A stretch of DNA of 64,000 nt. It comes from Escherichia coli. Its GTDB lineage: Bacteria; Pseudomonadota; Gammaproteobacteria; Enterobacterales; Enterobacteriaceae. The stretch lies in the NCBI RefSeq assembly GCF_046105845.1, contig NZ_CP151004.1. One strand, given 5' to 3'. Position numbers and translations under genes: made by a program. The notes beneath the pieces were generated by a model. That model saw only the letters and a program-made list of their open reading frames with translations, was not told the DNA's origin and did no database searches. How positions within the stretch are numbered: position 1 is the stretch's first letter; each line of letters opens with the position of its first letter. Of this stretch, positions 30,678-45,828 are shown piece by piece.

Positions 30678-31373
30678 ATGGACTTACAACACTGGCAGGC
30701 ACAGTTCGAAAACTGGTTGAAAAACCATCATCAGCATCAGGACGCGGCCCATGACGTATGTCATTTTCGCCGCGTCTGGGCTACGGCACAGAAGCTGGCG
30801 GCAGATGACGATGTCGATATGCTGGTGATTTTAACCGCCTGTTATTTTCACGATATTGTGAGCCTGGCGAAAAATCATCCGCAACGGCAGCGTTCTTCAA
30901 TCCTGGCGGCAGAAGAGACGCGTCGCCTGCTCCGTGAAGAGTTCGTGCAATTTCCGGCGGAGAAAATTGAGGCCGTTTGTCATGCCATTGCCGCGCACAG
31001 TTTCAGCGCGCAAATCGCCCCCTTAACAACGGAAGCTAAAATCGTCCAGGATGCGGATCGGCTGGAAGCCCTGGGGGCGATTGGCCTGGCGCGCGTGTTT
31101 GCCGTTTCAGGGGCATTGGGCGTGGCGCTGTTTGATGGTGAAGATCCGTTCGCACAGCATCGCCCGCTTGATGATAAACGCTACGCGCTGGATCATTTCC
31201 AGACTAAGTTGCTGAAGCTACCGCAAACCATGCAAACCGCAAGAGGCAAGCAGCTGGCGCAGCACAACGCGCAATTTTTAGTCGAGTTTATGGCGAAGCT
31301 CAGTGCCGAACTGGCGGGGGAGAATGAAGGTGTCGATCACAAGGTGATAGATGCGTTTTCACCCGCGGGCTGA
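30678..31373 (+). CDS. yedJ: HD-domain phosphohydrolase YedJ (231 aa)
   Basis: HD motif (CYFHDIVS) and recognised N-terminus [14 protein letters not shown]. Confidence 0.85.
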   Translation: MDLQHWQAQFENWLKNHHQHQDAAHDVCHFRRVWATAQKLAADDDVDMLVILTACYFHDIVSLAKNHPQRQRSSILAAEETRRLLREEFVQFPAEKIEAVCHAIAAHSFSAQIAPLTTEAKIVQDADRLEALGAIGLARVFAVSGALGVALFDGEDPFAQHRPLDDKRYALDHFQTKLLKLPQTMQTARGKQLAQHNAQFLVEFMAKLSAELAGENEGVDHKVIDAFSPAG

Positions 31374-31439
31374 GCGCGTGGCCCTAAATGGCTGTAATTA
31401 TGTTAACCTGTCGGCCATCTCAGATGGCCGGTTAAATCT

Positions 31440-32858
31440 ATGCAGGAAAATATATCAGTAACCGATTCATACAGCACCGGGAATGCCGCACAGGCAATGC
31501 TGGAGAAACTGCTGCAAATTTATGATGTTAAAACGCTGGTGGCGCAGCTTAATGGTGTGGGTGAGAATCACTGGAGCGCGGCAATTTTAAAACGTGCGCT
31601 GGCGAATGACTCGGCATGGCACCGTTTAAGTGAGAAAGAGTTCGCCCATCTGCAAACGTTGTTACCCAAACCACCGGCACATCATCCGCATTATGCGTTT
31701 CGCTTTATCGATCTATTTGCCGGAATTGGCGGCATCCGTCGCGGTTTTGAATCGATTGGCGGACAGTGCGTCTTTACCAGCGAATGGAACAAACATGCGG
31801 TACGCACTTATAAAGCCAACCATTATTGCGATCCGGCGACGCATCATTTTAATGAAGATATCCGCGACATCACCCTCAGCCATAAAGACGGCGTGAGTGA
31901 TGAGGCGGCAGCGGAACATATTCGTCAACACATTCCTGAACACGATGTATTACTGGCGGGTTTTCCTTGTCAGCCATTTTCGCTGGCTGGCGTATCGAAA
32001 AAGAACTCGCTCGGGCGGGCGCACGGTTTTGCCTGCGATACCCAGGGCACGCTGTTCTTTGATGTGGTGCGCATTATCGACGCGCGTCGTCCGGCGATGT
32101 TTGTGCTCGAAAACGTCAAAAACCTGAAAAGTCACGATAAAGGAAAAACGTTCCGCATCATCATGCAGACGCTGGACGAACTGGGCTATGACGTGGCTGA
32201 TGCAGAAGATAACGGGCCAGACGATCCGAAAATCATCGACGGCAAACATTTTCTGCCGCAGCACCGTGAACGCATCGTGCTGGTGGGTTTTCGTCGCGAT
32301 CTGAATCTGAAAGCCGATTTTACTCTGCGTGATATCAGCGAATGTTTCCCTGCGCAGCGAGTGACGCTGGCCCAGCTGCTGGACCCGATGGTCGAGGCGA
32401 AATATATCCTGACGCCGGTGCTGTGGAAGTACCTCTATCGTTATGCGAAAAAACATCAGGCACGCGGTAACGGCTTCGGTTATGGAATGGTTTATCCGAA
32501 CAATCCGCAAAGCGTCACGCGTACGCTGTCTGCGCGTTATTACAAAGATGGCGCGGAAATTTTAATCGATCGCGGTTGGGATATGGCCACGGGTGAGAAA
32601 GACTTTGACGATCCGCTGAATCAGCAACATCGTCCACGTCGGTTAACGCCTCGTGAATGTGCGCGCTTAATGGGTTTTGAAGCGCCGGGAGAAGCGAAAT
32701 TCCGCATTCCGGTTTCGGACACTCAGGCCTATCGCCAGTTCGGTAACTCGGTGGTCGTACCGGTCTTTGCAGCGGTGGCAAAACTGCTTGAGCCAAAAAT
32801 CAAACAGGCGGTGGCGTTGCGTCAGCAAGAGGCACAACATGGTCGACGTTCACGATAA
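31440..32858 (+). CDS. dcm: DNA-cytosine (C5) methyltransferase Dcm (472 aa)
   Basis: C5-MTase motifs [10 protein letters not shown] (motif I), GFPCQPFS (motif IV, catalytic Cys) and ENVKNL (motif VI). Confidence 0.92.
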   Translation: MQENISVTDSYSTGNAAQAMLEKLLQIYDVKTLVAQLNGVGENHWSAAILKRALANDSAWHRLSEKEFAHLQTLLPKPPAHHPHYAFRFIDLFAGIGGIRRGFESIGGQCVFTSEWNKHAVRTYKANHYCDPATHHFNEDIRDITLSHKDGVSDEAAAEHIRQHIPEHDVLLAGFPCQPFSLAGVSKKNSLGRAHGFACDTQGTLFFDVVRIIDARRPAMFVLENVKNLKSHDKGKTFRIIMQTLDELGYDVADAEDNGPDDPKIIDGKHFLPQHRERIVLVGFRRDLNLKADFTLRDISECFPAQRVTLAQLLDPMVEAKYILTPVLWKYLYRYAKKHQARGNGFGYGMVYPNNPQSVTRTLSARYYKDGAEILIDRGWDMATGEKDFDDPLNQQHRPRRLTPRECARLMGFEAPGEAKFRIPVSDTQAYRQFGNSVVVPVFAAVAKLLEPKIKQAVALRQQEAQHGRRSR

Positions 32859-33309
32859 GGCCACCCGCAGCAAAAATATGCGCGCGATTGCCACGCGTGA
32901 TACGGCGATTGAGAAGCGCCTCGCCAGTCTGTTAACCGGGCAGGGCCTGGCGTTTCGCGTTCAGGACGCCAGTCTGCCCGGACGCCCGGATTTTGTCGTT
33001 GATGAATATCGCTGCGTGATATTTACCCACGGCTGCTTCTGGCACCATCATCACTGCTATTTGTTTAAAGTGCCTGCGACTCGAACCGAGTTCTGGCTGG
33101 AGAAGATAGGTAAAAATGTTGAACGCGATCGCCGCGATATCAGTCGCTTGCAGGAGCTCGGCTGGCGCGTACTGATTGTCTGGGAGTGTGCGTTACGTGG
33201 GCGCGAGAAGCTGACGGATGAAGCGCTTAGCGAGCGTCTGGAAGAGTGGATCTGCGGCGAAGGTGCCAGCGCGCAGATCGACACGCAGGGGATTCATTTA
33301 CTCGCTTGA
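32839..33309 (+). CDS. vsr: Very-short-patch repair endonuclease Vsr (156 aa)
   Basis: Start [16 protein letters not shown] lies inside the dcm 3' end in another frame (20-bp overlap), the known dcm-vsr arrangement. Confidence 0.9.
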   Translation: MVDVHDKATRSKNMRAIATRDTAIEKRLASLLTGQGLAFRVQDASLPGRPDFVVDEYRCVIFTHGCFWHHHHCYLFKVPATRTEFWLEKIGKNVERDRRDISRLQELGWRVLIVWECALRGREKLTDEALSERLEEWICGEGASAQIDTQGIHLLA

Positions 33310-34218
33310 TGCGTCCTGAATAACGGGCGCAACTACGGGTTTTGCCGGGAAGAGATATTTTCCCAACGTGACCAGTACCACCGCGAAGACAATCACGCCG
33401 AGCGCCAGCCATTCAATCTTCGACAGCGTCTCTCCGCCCAGTCCCGTACCCAGCAAGACCGCGACCACCGGGTTAACGTAGGCGTAGCTGGTGGCGAGAG
33501 CCGGACTGACGTTGCGGATTAAATACATATAAGCGTTTATGGCGATAATCGAACCAAACAGCGCCAGATAGCCGACCGCAAGGAAGCCTGAAAGGGAAGG
33601 GAGCGCCGTCAGTTTTTCACCTGCAATCATCGACGCGATCATTAACACCACGCCTGCTGCCAGCATCTCAATCGCACCCGCCATCATCCCTACAGGTAAG
33701 GTAATGCGCGAGCCATAAACCGAGCCAAACGCCCAGCTAATCGAGCCGATTAAAATCAGAATCGCGCCCCACGGATTGCCGCTTAAATTTCCACCGCTAT
33801 TGAGCATGATGATTCCGGCAAGCCCAATGGCGATACCCACCCATTCCAGTTTGCGCGTTTTAATGCCAAACAGGCGGCTGAAGCACAGGGTAAAGAGGGG
33901 CACGGTTGCAACCACAACGGCGGCGATGCCGGAAGGAACATTTTGATGTTCGGCAACCGTCACCATGCCATTACCGACAGCCAGCAATAACAGGCCAATC
34001 AGCGCGGCATTGAGCAGCGGACGTAGCGGGGGAAGTTTGTGTCCGCGCAGTAGCAAAAATGCCAGCAATAAAATACCGGCTGCCAGGAATCGAACGCCCG
34101 CCATCATTAACGGAGGCCAGCTTTCCACGCCAATCCGAATGACAAAATAGGTTGAGCCCCAAATGATATACAACGCAAACAACGCGCCAAAAAGCGGTAA
34201 CAACTGGCGGAAACGCAT
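33298..34218 (-). CDS. yedA: EamA/DMT-family transporter YedA (306 aa)
   Basis: 306-aa ten-TM-like hydrophobic ORF recognised as YedA. Confidence 0.85.
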   Translation of the reverse strand: MRFRQLLPLFGALFALYIIWGSTYFVIRIGVESWPPLMMAGVRFLAAGILLLAFLLLRGHKLPPLRPLLNAALIGLLLLAVGNGMVTVAEHQNVPSGIAAVVVATVPLFTLCFSRLFGIKTRKLEWVGIAIGLAGIIMLNSGGNLSGNPWGAILILIGSISWAFGSVYGSRITLPVGMMAGAIEMLAAGVVLMIASMIAGEKLTALPSLSGFLAVGYLALFGSIIAINAYMYLIRNVSPALATSYAYVNPVVAVLLGTGLGGETLSKIEWLALGVIVFAVVLVTLGKYLFPAKPVVAPVIQDASSE

Positions 34219-34390
34219 AATCCCTCACGGTGGAAATAAAAAGGTGGTTCATAGTAAACGTGAAAATCATTCTGCTGGCGAGAGATATAATTGCACTTGA
34301 TTGTTAAAAAAATGTTGACCTGTGAAGCAAGTATCAGAGCTGCCGTTTTTGCTTCATACTTACACCCTTCAACAATAAAAATGAGAGGGA

Positions 34391-35308
34391 ATGCTTTTGG
34401 CCGGGAGTAGTTTACTGACGTTGCTCGATGATATCGCCACACTGCTGGACGATATTTCCGTGATGGGCAAGCTGGCGGCGAAGAAAACCGCCGGTGTATT
34501 AGGGGATGACTTATCGCTCAATGCGCAACAAGTTTCAGGCGTGCGGGCCAACCGGGAACTTCCCGTGGTCTGGGGCGTGGCGAAAGGATCGCTGATCAAT
34601 AAAGTGATTCTGGTGCCGCTGGCGCTGATCATCAGTGCGTTTATCCCGTGGGCGATTACGCCACTGTTGATGATTGGCGGCGCGTTTCTCTGCTTTGAAG
34701 GGGTAGAGAAAGTGCTGCATATGCTGGAGGCGCGTAAACATAAAGAAGATCCGGCGCAGAGTCAGCAGCGTCTGGAGAAGCTGGCGGCGCAGGATCCGCT
34801 GAAGTTTGAAAAAGACAAAATAAAAGGGGCGATTCGTACCGATTTTATATTGTCTGCGGAAATCGTCGCCATCACGCTGGGGATTGTGGCAGAAGCGCCG
34901 TTGCTTAATCAGGTGTTGGTGCTTTCAGGCATCGCGCTGGTAGTGACCGTGGGCGTCTACGGTCTGGTAGGGGTTATCGTTAAGATTGATGACCTGGGGT
35001 ATTGGCTGGCGGAAAAATCCAGCGCGCTGATGCAAGCATTAGGTAAAGGGTTATTGATCATTGCGCCCTGGTTGATGAAAGCATTATCGATTGTCGGCAC
35101 GCTGGCGATGTTCCTCGTCGGCGGCGGGATTGTGGTACATGGTATTGCGCCGCTGCATCACGCCATTGAACATTTCGCCGGGCAGCAAAGTGCAGTGGTG
35201 GCGATGATATTACCGACTGTTTTAAATCTGATTCTTGGTTTTATCATCGGCGGCATCGTGGTGCTGGGAGTGAAAGCCGTAGCGAAAATGCGCGGTCAGG
35301 CACATTAA
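34391..35308 (+). CDS. yedI: DUF808 inner-membrane protein YedI (305 aa)
   Basis: ATG start at 34391; recognised N-terminus [27 protein letters not shown]. Confidence 0.85.
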   Translation: MLLAGSSLLTLLDDIATLLDDISVMGKLAAKKTAGVLGDDLSLNAQQVSGVRANRELPVVWGVAKGSLINKVILVPLALIISAFIPWAITPLLMIGGAFLCFEGVEKVLHMLEARKHKEDPAQSQQRLEKLAAQDPLKFEKDKIKGAIRTDFILSAEIVAITLGIVAEAPLLNQVLVLSGIALVVTVGVYGLVGVIVKIDDLGYWLAEKSSALMQALGKGLLIIAPWLMKALSIVGTLAMFLVGGGIVVHGIAPLHHAIEHFAGQQSAVVAMILPTVLNLILGFIIGGIVVLGVKAVAKMRGQAH

Positions 35309-35386
35309 TACTCGCACTGGCTATTATGCAAAATTCGCCATCTTAAACTAAGGTGAACAAGTTTCACTCGAAAAAAGGAGGCGAGT

Positions 35387-35569
35387 ATGAGCTTTATGGT
35401 TAGTGAGGAAGTTACGGTTAAAGAGGGCGGCCCGCGGATGATTGTCACCGGATACTCCAGCGGTATGGTTGAGTGTCGTTGGTATGACGGTTACGGGGTC
35501 AAGCGGGAAGCTTTTCATGAAACCGAGCTTGTTCCGGGGGAGGGGAGTCGTTCTGCGGAAGAAGTTTGA
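35387..35569 (+). CDS. yodC: Small DUF2158-family protein YodC (60 aa)
   Basis: 60-aa ORF preceded by AAGGAGG; recognised as YodC. Confidence 0.7.
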   Translation: MSFMVSEEVTVKEGGPRMIVTGYSSGMVECRWYDGYGVKREAFHETELVPGEGSRSAEEV

Positions 35570-35739
35570 AAGGGTATCATTAACACCAGGCCGGATCACA
35601 TCCGGCCTGGTGTGCCACTGCCTGCAATGAATGATAGTCGCGTCTTATCATGCCACCATTATAAAATTATCGCTGTTTTGCGGTACGTTATCGCCGGGTT
35701 ATGCCAGAATCATAAAAAAGCAGGTTGGGAGTCGTCAGG

Positions 35740-38264
<2,525 letters not shown>

Positions 38265-38443
38265 TTACCAGGATGATTCTTAAAACAGCACAAATTATCA
38301 AAGATGATTTTTTCGGGAGCGATCCCGTTGACGCCAGAGCCACCAAGGGGTGACGCGCGTCACATTTCTATTCATAAGTAGCGTTAATCATTCATATCAC
38401 GAATATTTTCTTGTCAGCGAAAAAAATTGCGGATAAGGTGATG

Positions 38444-38530
38444 AACACATCAGATTTCCTGGTGTAACGAATTTTTTAAGTGCTTCTTGCTTAAGCAAGT
38501 TTCATCCCGACCCCTCAGGGTCGGGATTTT
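38444..38530 (+). ncRNA. dsrA: DsrA small regulatory RNA (rpoS activator, hns antisilencer)
   Basis: Sequence aacacatcagatttcctggtgtaacgaattttttaagtgcttcttgcttaagcaagtttcatcccgacccctcagggtcgggattttttt matches DsrA as I recall it, including the terminator; lies between yedP and yodD. Confidence 0.85.
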
Positions 38531-38542
38531 TTTATTGTGCAT

Positions 38543-38770
38543 TCAACGATTCACTTCAGAGACGCTGAAGTCATGAATATCCAGTTCGAAGGCATCCGCC
38601 AATTCACGCCATGTATGGTATTCACGTCCATCGACGCTAACGTGTTCAGAATCGTTCTGGCTGCGATGAACTTCGCTTTCGCTAATTTCATTGATCGCCG
38701 CCAGCAGGGCATCGACATCGACGCTGACCTCACGTTTTGCGGTATCGCTGTACTCTTTTGCGGTTTTCAT
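38543..38770 (-). CDS. yodD: Stress-induced small protein YodD (75 aa)
   Basis: ORF 38543..38785; start placed at MKTAKEYSDTAKREV. Confidence 0.7.
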   Translation of the reverse strand: MKTAKEYSDTAKREVSVDVDALLAAINEISESEVHRSQNDSEHVSVDGREYHTWRELADAFELDIHDFSVSEVNR

Positions 38771-38842
38771 CATCTTTCCTCGCAACCATTACTCTGTTGT
38801 TGCCGCCAGTCGTTAAGTCCGCCTGGCATCTCTTAAGTATAG

Positions 38843-39121
<279 letters not shown>

Positions 39122-39164
39122 TCTAATTCAGCCTGACTGGTGGGAAACCACCAGTCAGAATGTG

Positions 39165-39788
39165 TTAGCGCATGTTGACAAAAATACCATTAGTCACATT
39201 ATCCGTCAGTCGGACGACATGGTAGATAACCTGTTTATTATGCGTTTTGATCTTACGTTTAATATTACCTTTATGCGATGAAACGGTCTTGGCTTTGATA
39301 TTCATTTGGTCGGAGATTTGAATGGTTCCCTGACCTGCCATCCACATTCGCAACATACTCGATTCGGTTCGGCTCAATGATAACGTCGGCATATTTAAAA
39401 ACGAGGTTATCGTTGTCTCTTTTTTCAGAATATCGCCAAGGATATCGTCGAGAGATTCCGGTTTAATCGATTTAGAACTGATCAATAAATTTTTTCTGAC
39501 CAATAGATATTCATCAAAATGAACATTGGCAATTGCCATAAAAACGATAAATAACGTATTGGGATGTTGATTAATGATGAGCTTGATACGCTGACTGTTA
39601 GAAGCATCGTGGATGAAACAGTCCTCATTAATAAACACCACTGAAGGGCGCTGTGAATCACAAGCTATGGCAAGGTCATCAACGGTTTCAATGTCGTTGA
39701 TTTCTCTTTTTTTAACCCCTCTACTCAACAGATACCCGGTTAAACCTAGTCGGGTGTAACTACATAAATCCATAATAATCGTTGACAT
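39165..39788 (-). CDS. rcsA: LuxR-family regulator RcsA (auxiliary activator of capsule synthesis), 207 aa
   Basis: Recognised protein with C-terminal LuxR-type HTH; AT-rich gene and flanks. Confidence 0.9.
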
Positions 39789-40077
39789 GGCATACCCTCA
39801 CTCAATGCGTAACGATAATTCCCCTTACCTGAATATTTCATCATGACTAAACGGAACAACATGGGTCACCTAATGCGCCACTCTCGCGATTTTTCAGGCG
39901 GACTTACTATCCCGTAAAGTGTTGTATAATTTGCCTGGAATTGTCTTAAAGTAAAGTAAATGTTGCGATATGTGAGTGAGCTTAAAACAAATATTTCGCC
40001 ACAGGAGTATCCTGGAAGATGTTCGCAGGTATTATTTTTCGGATAATCCTTAGGATAACATGATAAACCTTACGGAA

Positions 40078-40863
40078 TTATATTAATGGCAATTCACTAA
40101 TAATATCAGCCAGCAAATTAAAAATTTCACTGAATAAATGTTCGCAAAAAGGCGCAATTAACGGCATTAATGCCGCCATTAAAGAGATGCCGACAGTCAG
40201 AGTTAATGGAAATCCAATAACAAAAATAGATAATTGCGGGGCCATACGATTAAGTAAACCTAATGCCAGATTCAGTGTCAGCAGCAGAGTAATGAGCGGT
40301 AACGCCAGCATCAGCCCGTTAAGGAAAATCAAACTCCCTGCTTTGGTGAGTGCCAGAAACGCATTGCTGTTCAACGGTTCGCCACCAATCGGCAGGGTGT
40401 GAAAGGTATCGACCAGCAGTGAAATCAACCATAAATGACCGTTAAATGTCAGGAACAGCAGTAACGCCAGCATATCCATGATACGCGCTAAAACGGGCAT
40501 ATTAAGATGGCTGGCCGGATCGACAAATGTCGCAAATGACAGCCCCATTTGCAGACCGATAATTTCACCAGCGGTTCGCACAGCGGCAAAGGCAAATTGC
40601 ATGGTAAAACCAAGCGCAATGCCGATCAGGATCTGCTGCACGGCCAGCCACAGAGCAAAGAACGAAAAAACAGGAACATCGTTGGCTGGTAATGATGGGG
40701 CAATGGCGAACGTGATCATCATTGCCAGACCCAGTTTTACCCGTTTCGGTACGCTGCGTTCGCTCAGAATCGGCGCGGTGGAGATCAGCGCCAGCACGCG
40801 CAGTAACGGCCAGAAGTACAGGCTTAGCCAGGAAAGCCATTGATCGCTTGTCACCTGCAACAT
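40078..40863 (-). CDS. fliR: Flagellar export apparatus protein FliR (261 aa)
   Basis: ORF 40078..40950; start placed at [21 protein letters not shown]; last gene of the fliL operon. Confidence 0.88.
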   Translation of the reverse strand: MLQVTSDQWLSWLSLYFWPLLRVLALISTAPILSERSVPKRVKLGLAMMITFAIAPSLPANDVPVFSFFALWLAVQQILIGIALGFTMQFAFAAVRTAGEIIGLQMGLSFATFVDPASHLNMPVLARIMDMLALLLFLTFNGHLWLISLLVDTFHTLPIGGEPLNSNAFLALTKAGSLIFLNGLMLALPLITLLLTLNLALGLLNRMAPQLSIFVIGFPLTLTVGISLMAALMPLIAPFCEHLFSEIFNLLADIISELPLI

Positions 40864-40870
40864 AGTACGG

Positions 40871-41140
40871 CTACCCGATGATATACGGCAGGTTAGTGAA
40901 CAAGGTGCGGACGTAATCCAGCAACAGATTGAGCATCCACGGTCCGGCAATAATAATGGCGATAAATACGGCGATGATTTTCGGAATAAACGACAGCGTC
41001 ATTTCGTTAATCTGCGTGGCGGCCTGCAAAATACTGATGATAAGGCCCGTGACCAGCGCCACCAGCAACAGCGGGGCAGCCAGTGCCAGCGCGACTTTCA
41101 TCGCTTCAGTCCCCATCATCATGACCGATTCAGGTGTCAT
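40871..41140 (-). CDS. fliQ: Flagellar export apparatus protein FliQ (89 aa)
   Basis: 89-aa two-TM ORF between fliP and fliR. Confidence 0.9.
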   Translation of the reverse strand: MTPESVMMMGTEAMKVALALAAPLLLVALVTGLIISILQAATQINEMTLSFIPKIIAVFIAIIIAGPWMLNLLLDYVRTLFTNLPYIIG

Positions 41141-41149
41141 TTTGCCTCT

Positions 41150-41887
41150 CTAGCTGTAAAAGCTCTGCGCCAGCGAACCGACCAGCAATTGCCAGCCATC
41201 CACCAGTACAAACAGCATCAGTTTAAAGGGCAGAGCAATGGTGGCTGGGGGAACCATCATCATCCCCAATGCCATCAACACGCTGGCAATCACCAGGTCG
41301 ATAATCAAAAAAGGAATGAAAATCGTGAAGCCTATCTGAAATGCGGTTTTCAACTCGCTGGTCACGTAAGCCGGGAGCAAAATGCGCATCGGCACGGCTT
41401 CAGGTCCCTGCAACGGGCCGGTATTCGCCAGTCTGGCAAACAACCCTAAATCCGCCTCACGGGTCTGACGCAGCATAAACTCACGTAGCGGCTGTGCCCC
41501 TTTTTCCAGCGCCTCCTGCATTGAGATTTTCTCTTCGCTGAATGGCTGGTACGCATCGACATAAATTTTGTCGATCACCGGCGACATAATAAAAAAGGTC
41601 AAAAACAGTGCCAGCCCCAGCAATACCTGGTTAGGTGGCGCGGAGGGCGTTCCCAGCGCGTTACGCAATAAACCAAAAACAATGATGATGCGGGTGAAAC
41701 TGGTCATCATCAGTAAAATTGCCGGAATAAACGTCAACGAGGTGATGAATACCAGCGTCTGCACCGGGAGAGACCAGCTTTGTCCACCGCCAGGCAGCGG
41801 CTGGCTGGTGATACCCGGCAGTTGCGCGAAGGCGAGGGGCGTAATCAGCCAGAGAAGGACAGGTGCGACAGACAACAAACGACGCAT
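41150..41887 (-). CDS. fliP: Flagellar export apparatus protein FliP (245 aa)
   Basis: Signal-like N-terminus plus conserved FliP membrane regions; operon position. Confidence 0.9.
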   Translation of the reverse strand: MRRLLSVAPVLLWLITPLAFAQLPGITSQPLPGGGQSWSLPVQTLVFITSLTFIPAILLMMTSFTRIIIVFGLLRNALGTPSAPPNQVLLGLALFLTFFIMSPVIDKIYVDAYQPFSEEKISMQEALEKGAQPLREFMLRQTREADLGLFARLANTGPLQGPEAVPMRILLPAYVTSELKTAFQIGFTIFIPFLIIDLVIASVLMALGMMMVPPATIALPFKLMLFVLVDGWQLLVGSLAQSFYS

Positions 41888-42252
41888 CAGGATCTCCCGC
41901 TACGCTTAAGCAAGTTTTTCATGACCGACTGAAAATCGGTCTGCGGTATCTCTTCCGTTGGTGCTGAAGGGGGAAGTTTATGCAGCAGATTGATTTGCCC
42001 TGCGGTAACGCCGAGCACCAGCCGTGCATCTTCCACATCGACCACCACAACCCGTTCACGCGCGCCCAGCGAAGCACTGGCGCTAATTTTCAGACCATTA
42101 ACGCCAGTGCGTTTCGGGGCAAATCCCAGCCGTTTTACCAGCCAGGCAGCAGCGAGGATCAGGGCAATAATGGCGATGAGTGCGCCGCTCACCTGCAGCA
42201 GTGGCGCAGCAGAAACCGGCGCGGAAGATTGCACAGTAGAGTGGTTATTCAT
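41887..42252 (-). CDS. fliO: Flagellar protein FliO (121 aa)
   Basis: ORF 41887..42255; ATG at 42252 gives [10 protein letters not shown]. Confidence 0.85.
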   Translation of the reverse strand: MNNHSTVQSSAPVSAAPLLQVSGALIAIIALILAAAWLVKRLGFAPKRTGVNGLKISASASLGARERVVVVDVEDARLVLGVTAGQINLLHKLPPSAPTEEIPQTDFQSVMKNLLKRSGRS

Positions 42253-42254
42253 CA

Positions 42255-42668
42255 CTAACGGCTCAGGCGGCGCATCCGCTCGGACGGGGTAATGATATCG
42301 GTGATCCGCACGCCATATTTATCAGCGACTACGACAACTTCGCCCTGAGCAATTAAATAACCGTTGATCAGAATATCCAGCGGTTCGCCCGCCAGACCGT
42401 CCAGCGCCACGACTGATCCTTGCGTCAGACGCAATAACTCTTTGATGGTCATTCGTGTGCGGCCCAGCTCGACGGTCAGCTTGACCGGAATATCCATAAT
42501 CAGGTCGATATCCTGTAACGTTCCGCTGACATCACCACCGCCAAATTGCTGGAACAACGCGTCGGCAGCGCTTTTGCTGCTGGTTGATTTTTGTTCGCTC
42601 AACGCTTCAGCCCACAGATCGTCCATTGCGCCGTTGTTGTCATCGGCCGGATTATTCATGTCACTCAT
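42255..42668 (-). CDS. fliN: Flagellar motor switch protein FliN (137 aa)
   Basis: Recognised FliN with conserved SpoA-like C-terminal domain. Confidence 0.9.
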   Translation of the reverse strand: MSDMNNPADDNNGAMDDLWAEALSEQKSTSSKSAADALFQQFGGGDVSGTLQDIDLIMDIPVKLTVELGRTRMTIKELLRLTQGSVVALDGLAGEPLDILINGYLIAQGEVVVVADKYGVRITDIITPSERMRRLSR

Positions 42669-43669
42669 TTGGGCTGTTCCTCGTTCAGAGAATTTAAAAT
42701 CGGGTTAATCAAATGTTCTATCCGTAACGCATATTGACCGTTGAGTGTGCCGTACTGACTGGTCAGCACCGGGACGCCGTCAACATGGGCGATGATGCGG
42801 TCTGGTTTTTCTATCGGCAGGACGTCGCCGGGTTTCAGTTTTAAAATCTGCGACAGGCGTAGCGAGATATCGGCAAAGTTGGCGACCAGCTCCAGCTGTG
42901 AATGCTGCACCTGGCGCACCAGGTTATCGCGCCAGTTCTGATCTTCATTACGCGAGTTTTCCAGCGGCGGGTTAACCAACAATTCCCGTAGCGGCTCGAT
43001 CATGCTGAATGGCAGGCAGATATTAAATTCGCCGGTCAGGTTGCCAATCTCCACATGGAACGGCGTGTTAACCACGATGTCGTTCGGCGAGGTGGTGATA
43101 TTGGTAAATTTCACCTGCATTTCCGAACGTACGTACTCAACTTCCAGCGGATTAATCGCCTTCCAGGCATCGCTATAGCCTTCAAGCGCCAGCTTTAACA
43201 TGCGGTTGATGACGCGCTGTTCGGTATGGGTAAACTCGCGACCTTCCACTTTGGTCGGGAAGCGTCCATCGCCGCCAAACAGGTTATCCACGGCGATAAA
43301 CACCAGACTCGGTGAGAACACCACCAGCCCTGTGCCGCGCAGCGGTTTCAGATGGATAAGGTTCAGGTTGGTCGGCACCGGCAGGTTGCGGGCAAATTCA
43401 TGGTACGGCTGAATGCGGATGGCCCCGACGGTAATGTCCGGGCTACGGCGCAGCAGGTTGAACAGCCCCATACGAAAATGGCGGGCAAAGCGCTCATTAA
43501 TGATTTCCAGCGCCTGCAAACGTTCGCGCACAACCCGTCGTTGGGTATTCGGATCGTACGGACGAATGTCACTTTCGCCGCTAACACTGGCTGTCGGTTC
43601 GTCTTTGACTTCGCTGTCGCCATTCAACAGCGCATCAATTTCAGCTTGAGAAAGAATACTATCGCCCAT
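42665..43669 (-). CDS. fliM: Flagellar motor switch protein FliM (334 aa)
   Basis: ORF 42665..43771; start placed at MGDSILSQAEIDALLNG (CheY-P binding N-terminus). Confidence 0.9.
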   Translation of the reverse strand: MGDSILSQAEIDALLNGDSEVKDEPTASVSGESDIRPYDPNTQRRVVRERLQALEIINERFARHFRMGLFNLLRRSPDITVGAIRIQPYHEFARNLPVPTNLNLIHLKPLRGTGLVVFSPSLVFIAVDNLFGGDGRFPTKVEGREFTHTEQRVINRMLKLALEGYSDAWKAINPLEVEYVRSEMQVKFTNITTSPNDIVVNTPFHVEIGNLTGEFNICLPFSMIEPLRELLVNPPLENSRNEDQNWRDNLVRQVQHSQLELVANFADISLRLSQILKLKPGDVLPIEKPDRIIAHVDGVPVLTSQYGTLNGQYALRIEHLINPILNSLNEEQPK

Positions 43670-43673
43670 GTCG

Positions 43674-44138
43674 TTATCGCAGAATAAAAGCGGTATACAG
43701 CACGTCGGTGACATCCTGTTTCGGTTGCCCGGCAACAAGCGGGGTGGAAAGTGTGGTTTTAATCTCGGCAATCAGGTTTTTCTTGCCTTCTTCTGTCGCC
43801 AGTACGGCAGCATCCTGACGCGAAAACAGTAACAGCAAACGGCTACGGACTTCCGGCAAATACTCACTCAGCCGCGAGCGGGTAGTTTCATCTTTCAGTC
43901 GCAGGGTTATGCCGATATAAAGCACGCGATCCGCATCGCCCAGATTGACCGTAAAGGTATCCAGCGCATAGAAGACCGGGGAGGGCACGACGCGTTGCTG
44001 CGCTTTGTCGTCAGCGGCAACCTGATGCGAATGCCAGTAGCTGTAACCTGCGCTGGCACAGGCCGCGAGGGTAATGAATACCAGAATCGGGATCCAAAGC
44101 GATCGCTTGCTTTTCTTGCTTATCGCGTAATCAGTCAT
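43674..44138 (-). CDS. fliL: Flagellar basal-body-associated protein FliL (154 aa)
   Basis: Single N-terminal TM segment; first gene of fliLMNOPQR. Confidence 0.88.
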   Translation of the reverse strand: MTDYAISKKSKRSLWIPILVFITLAACASAGYSYWHSHQVAADDKAQQRVVPSPVFYALDTFTVNLGDADRVLYIGITLRLKDETTRSRLSEYLPEVRSRLLLLFSRQDAAVLATEEGKKNLIAEIKTTLSTPLVAGQPKQDVTDVLYTAFILR

Positions 44139-44242
44139 GTGTTGCGGTCTTCCTGTGTCGCTACTGCTTATCGGCTAATTATCCTGCGTCTTGAGCGCAA
44201 CAAAGCGGGGAAAAGACGCGGATTACGGTGCTACCTCTGACG

Positions 44243-45370
44243 TTAGGCGAAAATATCAACGCCGCTGTTGCCTGTTACACGCCCTTGTAAAGAGACGGGA
44301 ACCGGAAGCGTATCGTCGTCTTCCCCCGCCAGAGGTTCATGGTTTGCTGTGCGTTGGCTTTGCTGTTGCTGGGAAGCGGCCTGCTGCTGACCACTAAAGC
44401 TTTCGCCACTGATGTTGCTTTGCCCTAACTGAATGCCACTTTCCGCCAGCTGCGTACGCAGTACCGGAAGCGCTGCTTCCAGCGCGGCGCGCACGTGCTG
44501 ATGCGGTGAAACCATCTGGATTTGCGCCTGGTTATCATCCACTTTGAGGGAGATTTGCACTTCACCTAAATCCTGCGGGTGCAGACGCAACTCTGCACTT
44601 TGTTGCCCCTGGCGGGTAAACAGCGAAATATGCTGGCTTAATGATTGTTGCCATTCGTGAGAACCCAGCGGTGCACTCAAAACTGGCGCGGCGACGGTGG
44701 GCAGTGGCTGTGTCTGGTGTGGAGTGATTAGCGGGCTGGCGGCAGCGGTCACCGGCGAAGGCGTGCTGATGACTTCCGCTTTACTCTGGGCTTCTGCTAC
44801 CAGCGGTGATAATGGCTGAGCTGGCGTGCCGGGGGCGTCATCAGGCTGTGCTGTAGTGAGTTGCGCAGAAGTCAGTTTTGAGAAGAGCGTTGGTTTCTCT
44901 GCCGGTAACACGGTTGACGGCGCATCAGTCACTTTGGGCGTATTGTCAAAACGCGGCAACATCGCAAAAAGGGCACTCAGGCTTGCGGTGACGTCTTCAT
45001 TCAGATCATCCGCTTTTTCGTCTTTTGCCGTATTGTTGTCAGCCGCCGCAGCCAACGTTATCGTCTGAGCGGTGGTTAACGGTGTTGATGTGGATTGTTC
45101 GTCGTTGATGACAGGCGGTGTTTCATCCACAGGGATCAGTAAATCTGCTTGTTGCGCGTCGGAAACAATATCGCTGACCAGCGGCTCGCCTTTTGTCGTG
45201 GGCTTATCTGTTGCCACCAGCAACTGAGGGGCCGCTTTGTCGGTTGTTGCCTCGCCTGTTAATGCTTCGCTCAACAACGCGAGAAAATCTTGTGCAGCAT
45301 CGCTGGCTTTGCCGCCAGGCAATGTGGCGATATCAACGTCAGCGGTAATCAAGGGCGCTATGCGAATCAT
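44243..45370 (-). CDS. fliK: Flagellar hook-length control protein FliK (375 aa)
   Basis: Pro/Ala/Thr/Gln-rich central region and conserved C-terminal domain. Confidence 0.88.
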   Translation of the reverse strand: MIRIAPLITADVDIATLPGGKASDAAQDFLALLSEALTGEATTDKAAPQLLVATDKPTTKGEPLVSDIVSDAQQADLLIPVDETPPVINDEQSTSTPLTTAQTITLAAAADNNTAKDEKADDLNEDVTASLSALFAMLPRFDNTPKVTDAPSTVLPAEKPTLFSKLTSAQLTTAQPDDAPGTPAQPLSPLVAEAQSKAEVISTPSPVTAAASPLITPHQTQPLPTVAAPVLSAPLGSHEWQQSLSQHISLFTRQGQQSAELRLHPQDLGEVQISLKVDDNQAQIQMVSPHQHVRAALEAALPVLRTQLAESGIQLGQSNISGESFSGQQQAASQQQQSQRTANHEPLAGEDDDTLPVPVSLQGRVTGNSGVDIFA

Positions 45371-45810
45371 TCAGGTTTCCTCATGGCGGCGCGCTGGGCG
45401 AACTCATCCATCTTTTTCTGATCGAGGCGGTTTTCTGCAAGCAGTGCCGCCGTGGATTGCCGTTCCTGCAGTGTCTGCCAGGCCTGCAAACGTTGTTTCT
45501 TTTCTCGCCAGCTGTTCAGGGCAATGTCAACTTTCTGCGTCCACTGATTAAGTTGCTGGCGATGCTGAGTAATGGCTTTTTCCAGCGTCTGGATAAACTG
45601 CTGATAGTTGATCCAGCGGTTGCTGGTCATCCCGGCACTCATATCGCTATTGAGGTTATTGCGATATTCATTCTGATAATCGATCAGCATTTTGAGCTGT
45701 TCTTCCGCCTGCTGACATCCGCGACGCATTTCACCCAGCAGGCGCGCGGCATCCTCTACCTCTTTTTCTGCCAGATCTTTCAGGGTCGCCAGCGCGCCAT
45801 GTTCTGCCAT
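45367..45810 (-). CDS. fliJ: Flagellar export chaperone/stalk protein FliJ (147 aa)
   Basis: Coiled-coil-rich 147-aa ORF between fliI and fliK. Confidence 0.88.
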   Translation of the reverse strand: MAEHGALATLKDLAEKEVEDAARLLGEMRRGCQQAEEQLKMLIDYQNEYRNNLNSDMSAGMTSNRWINYQQFIQTLEKAITQHRQQLNQWTQKVDIALNSWREKKQRLQAWQTLQERQSTAALLAENRLDQKKMDEFAQRAAMRKPE

Positions 45811-45828
45811 CTGCCGTTATCTCCTGGG

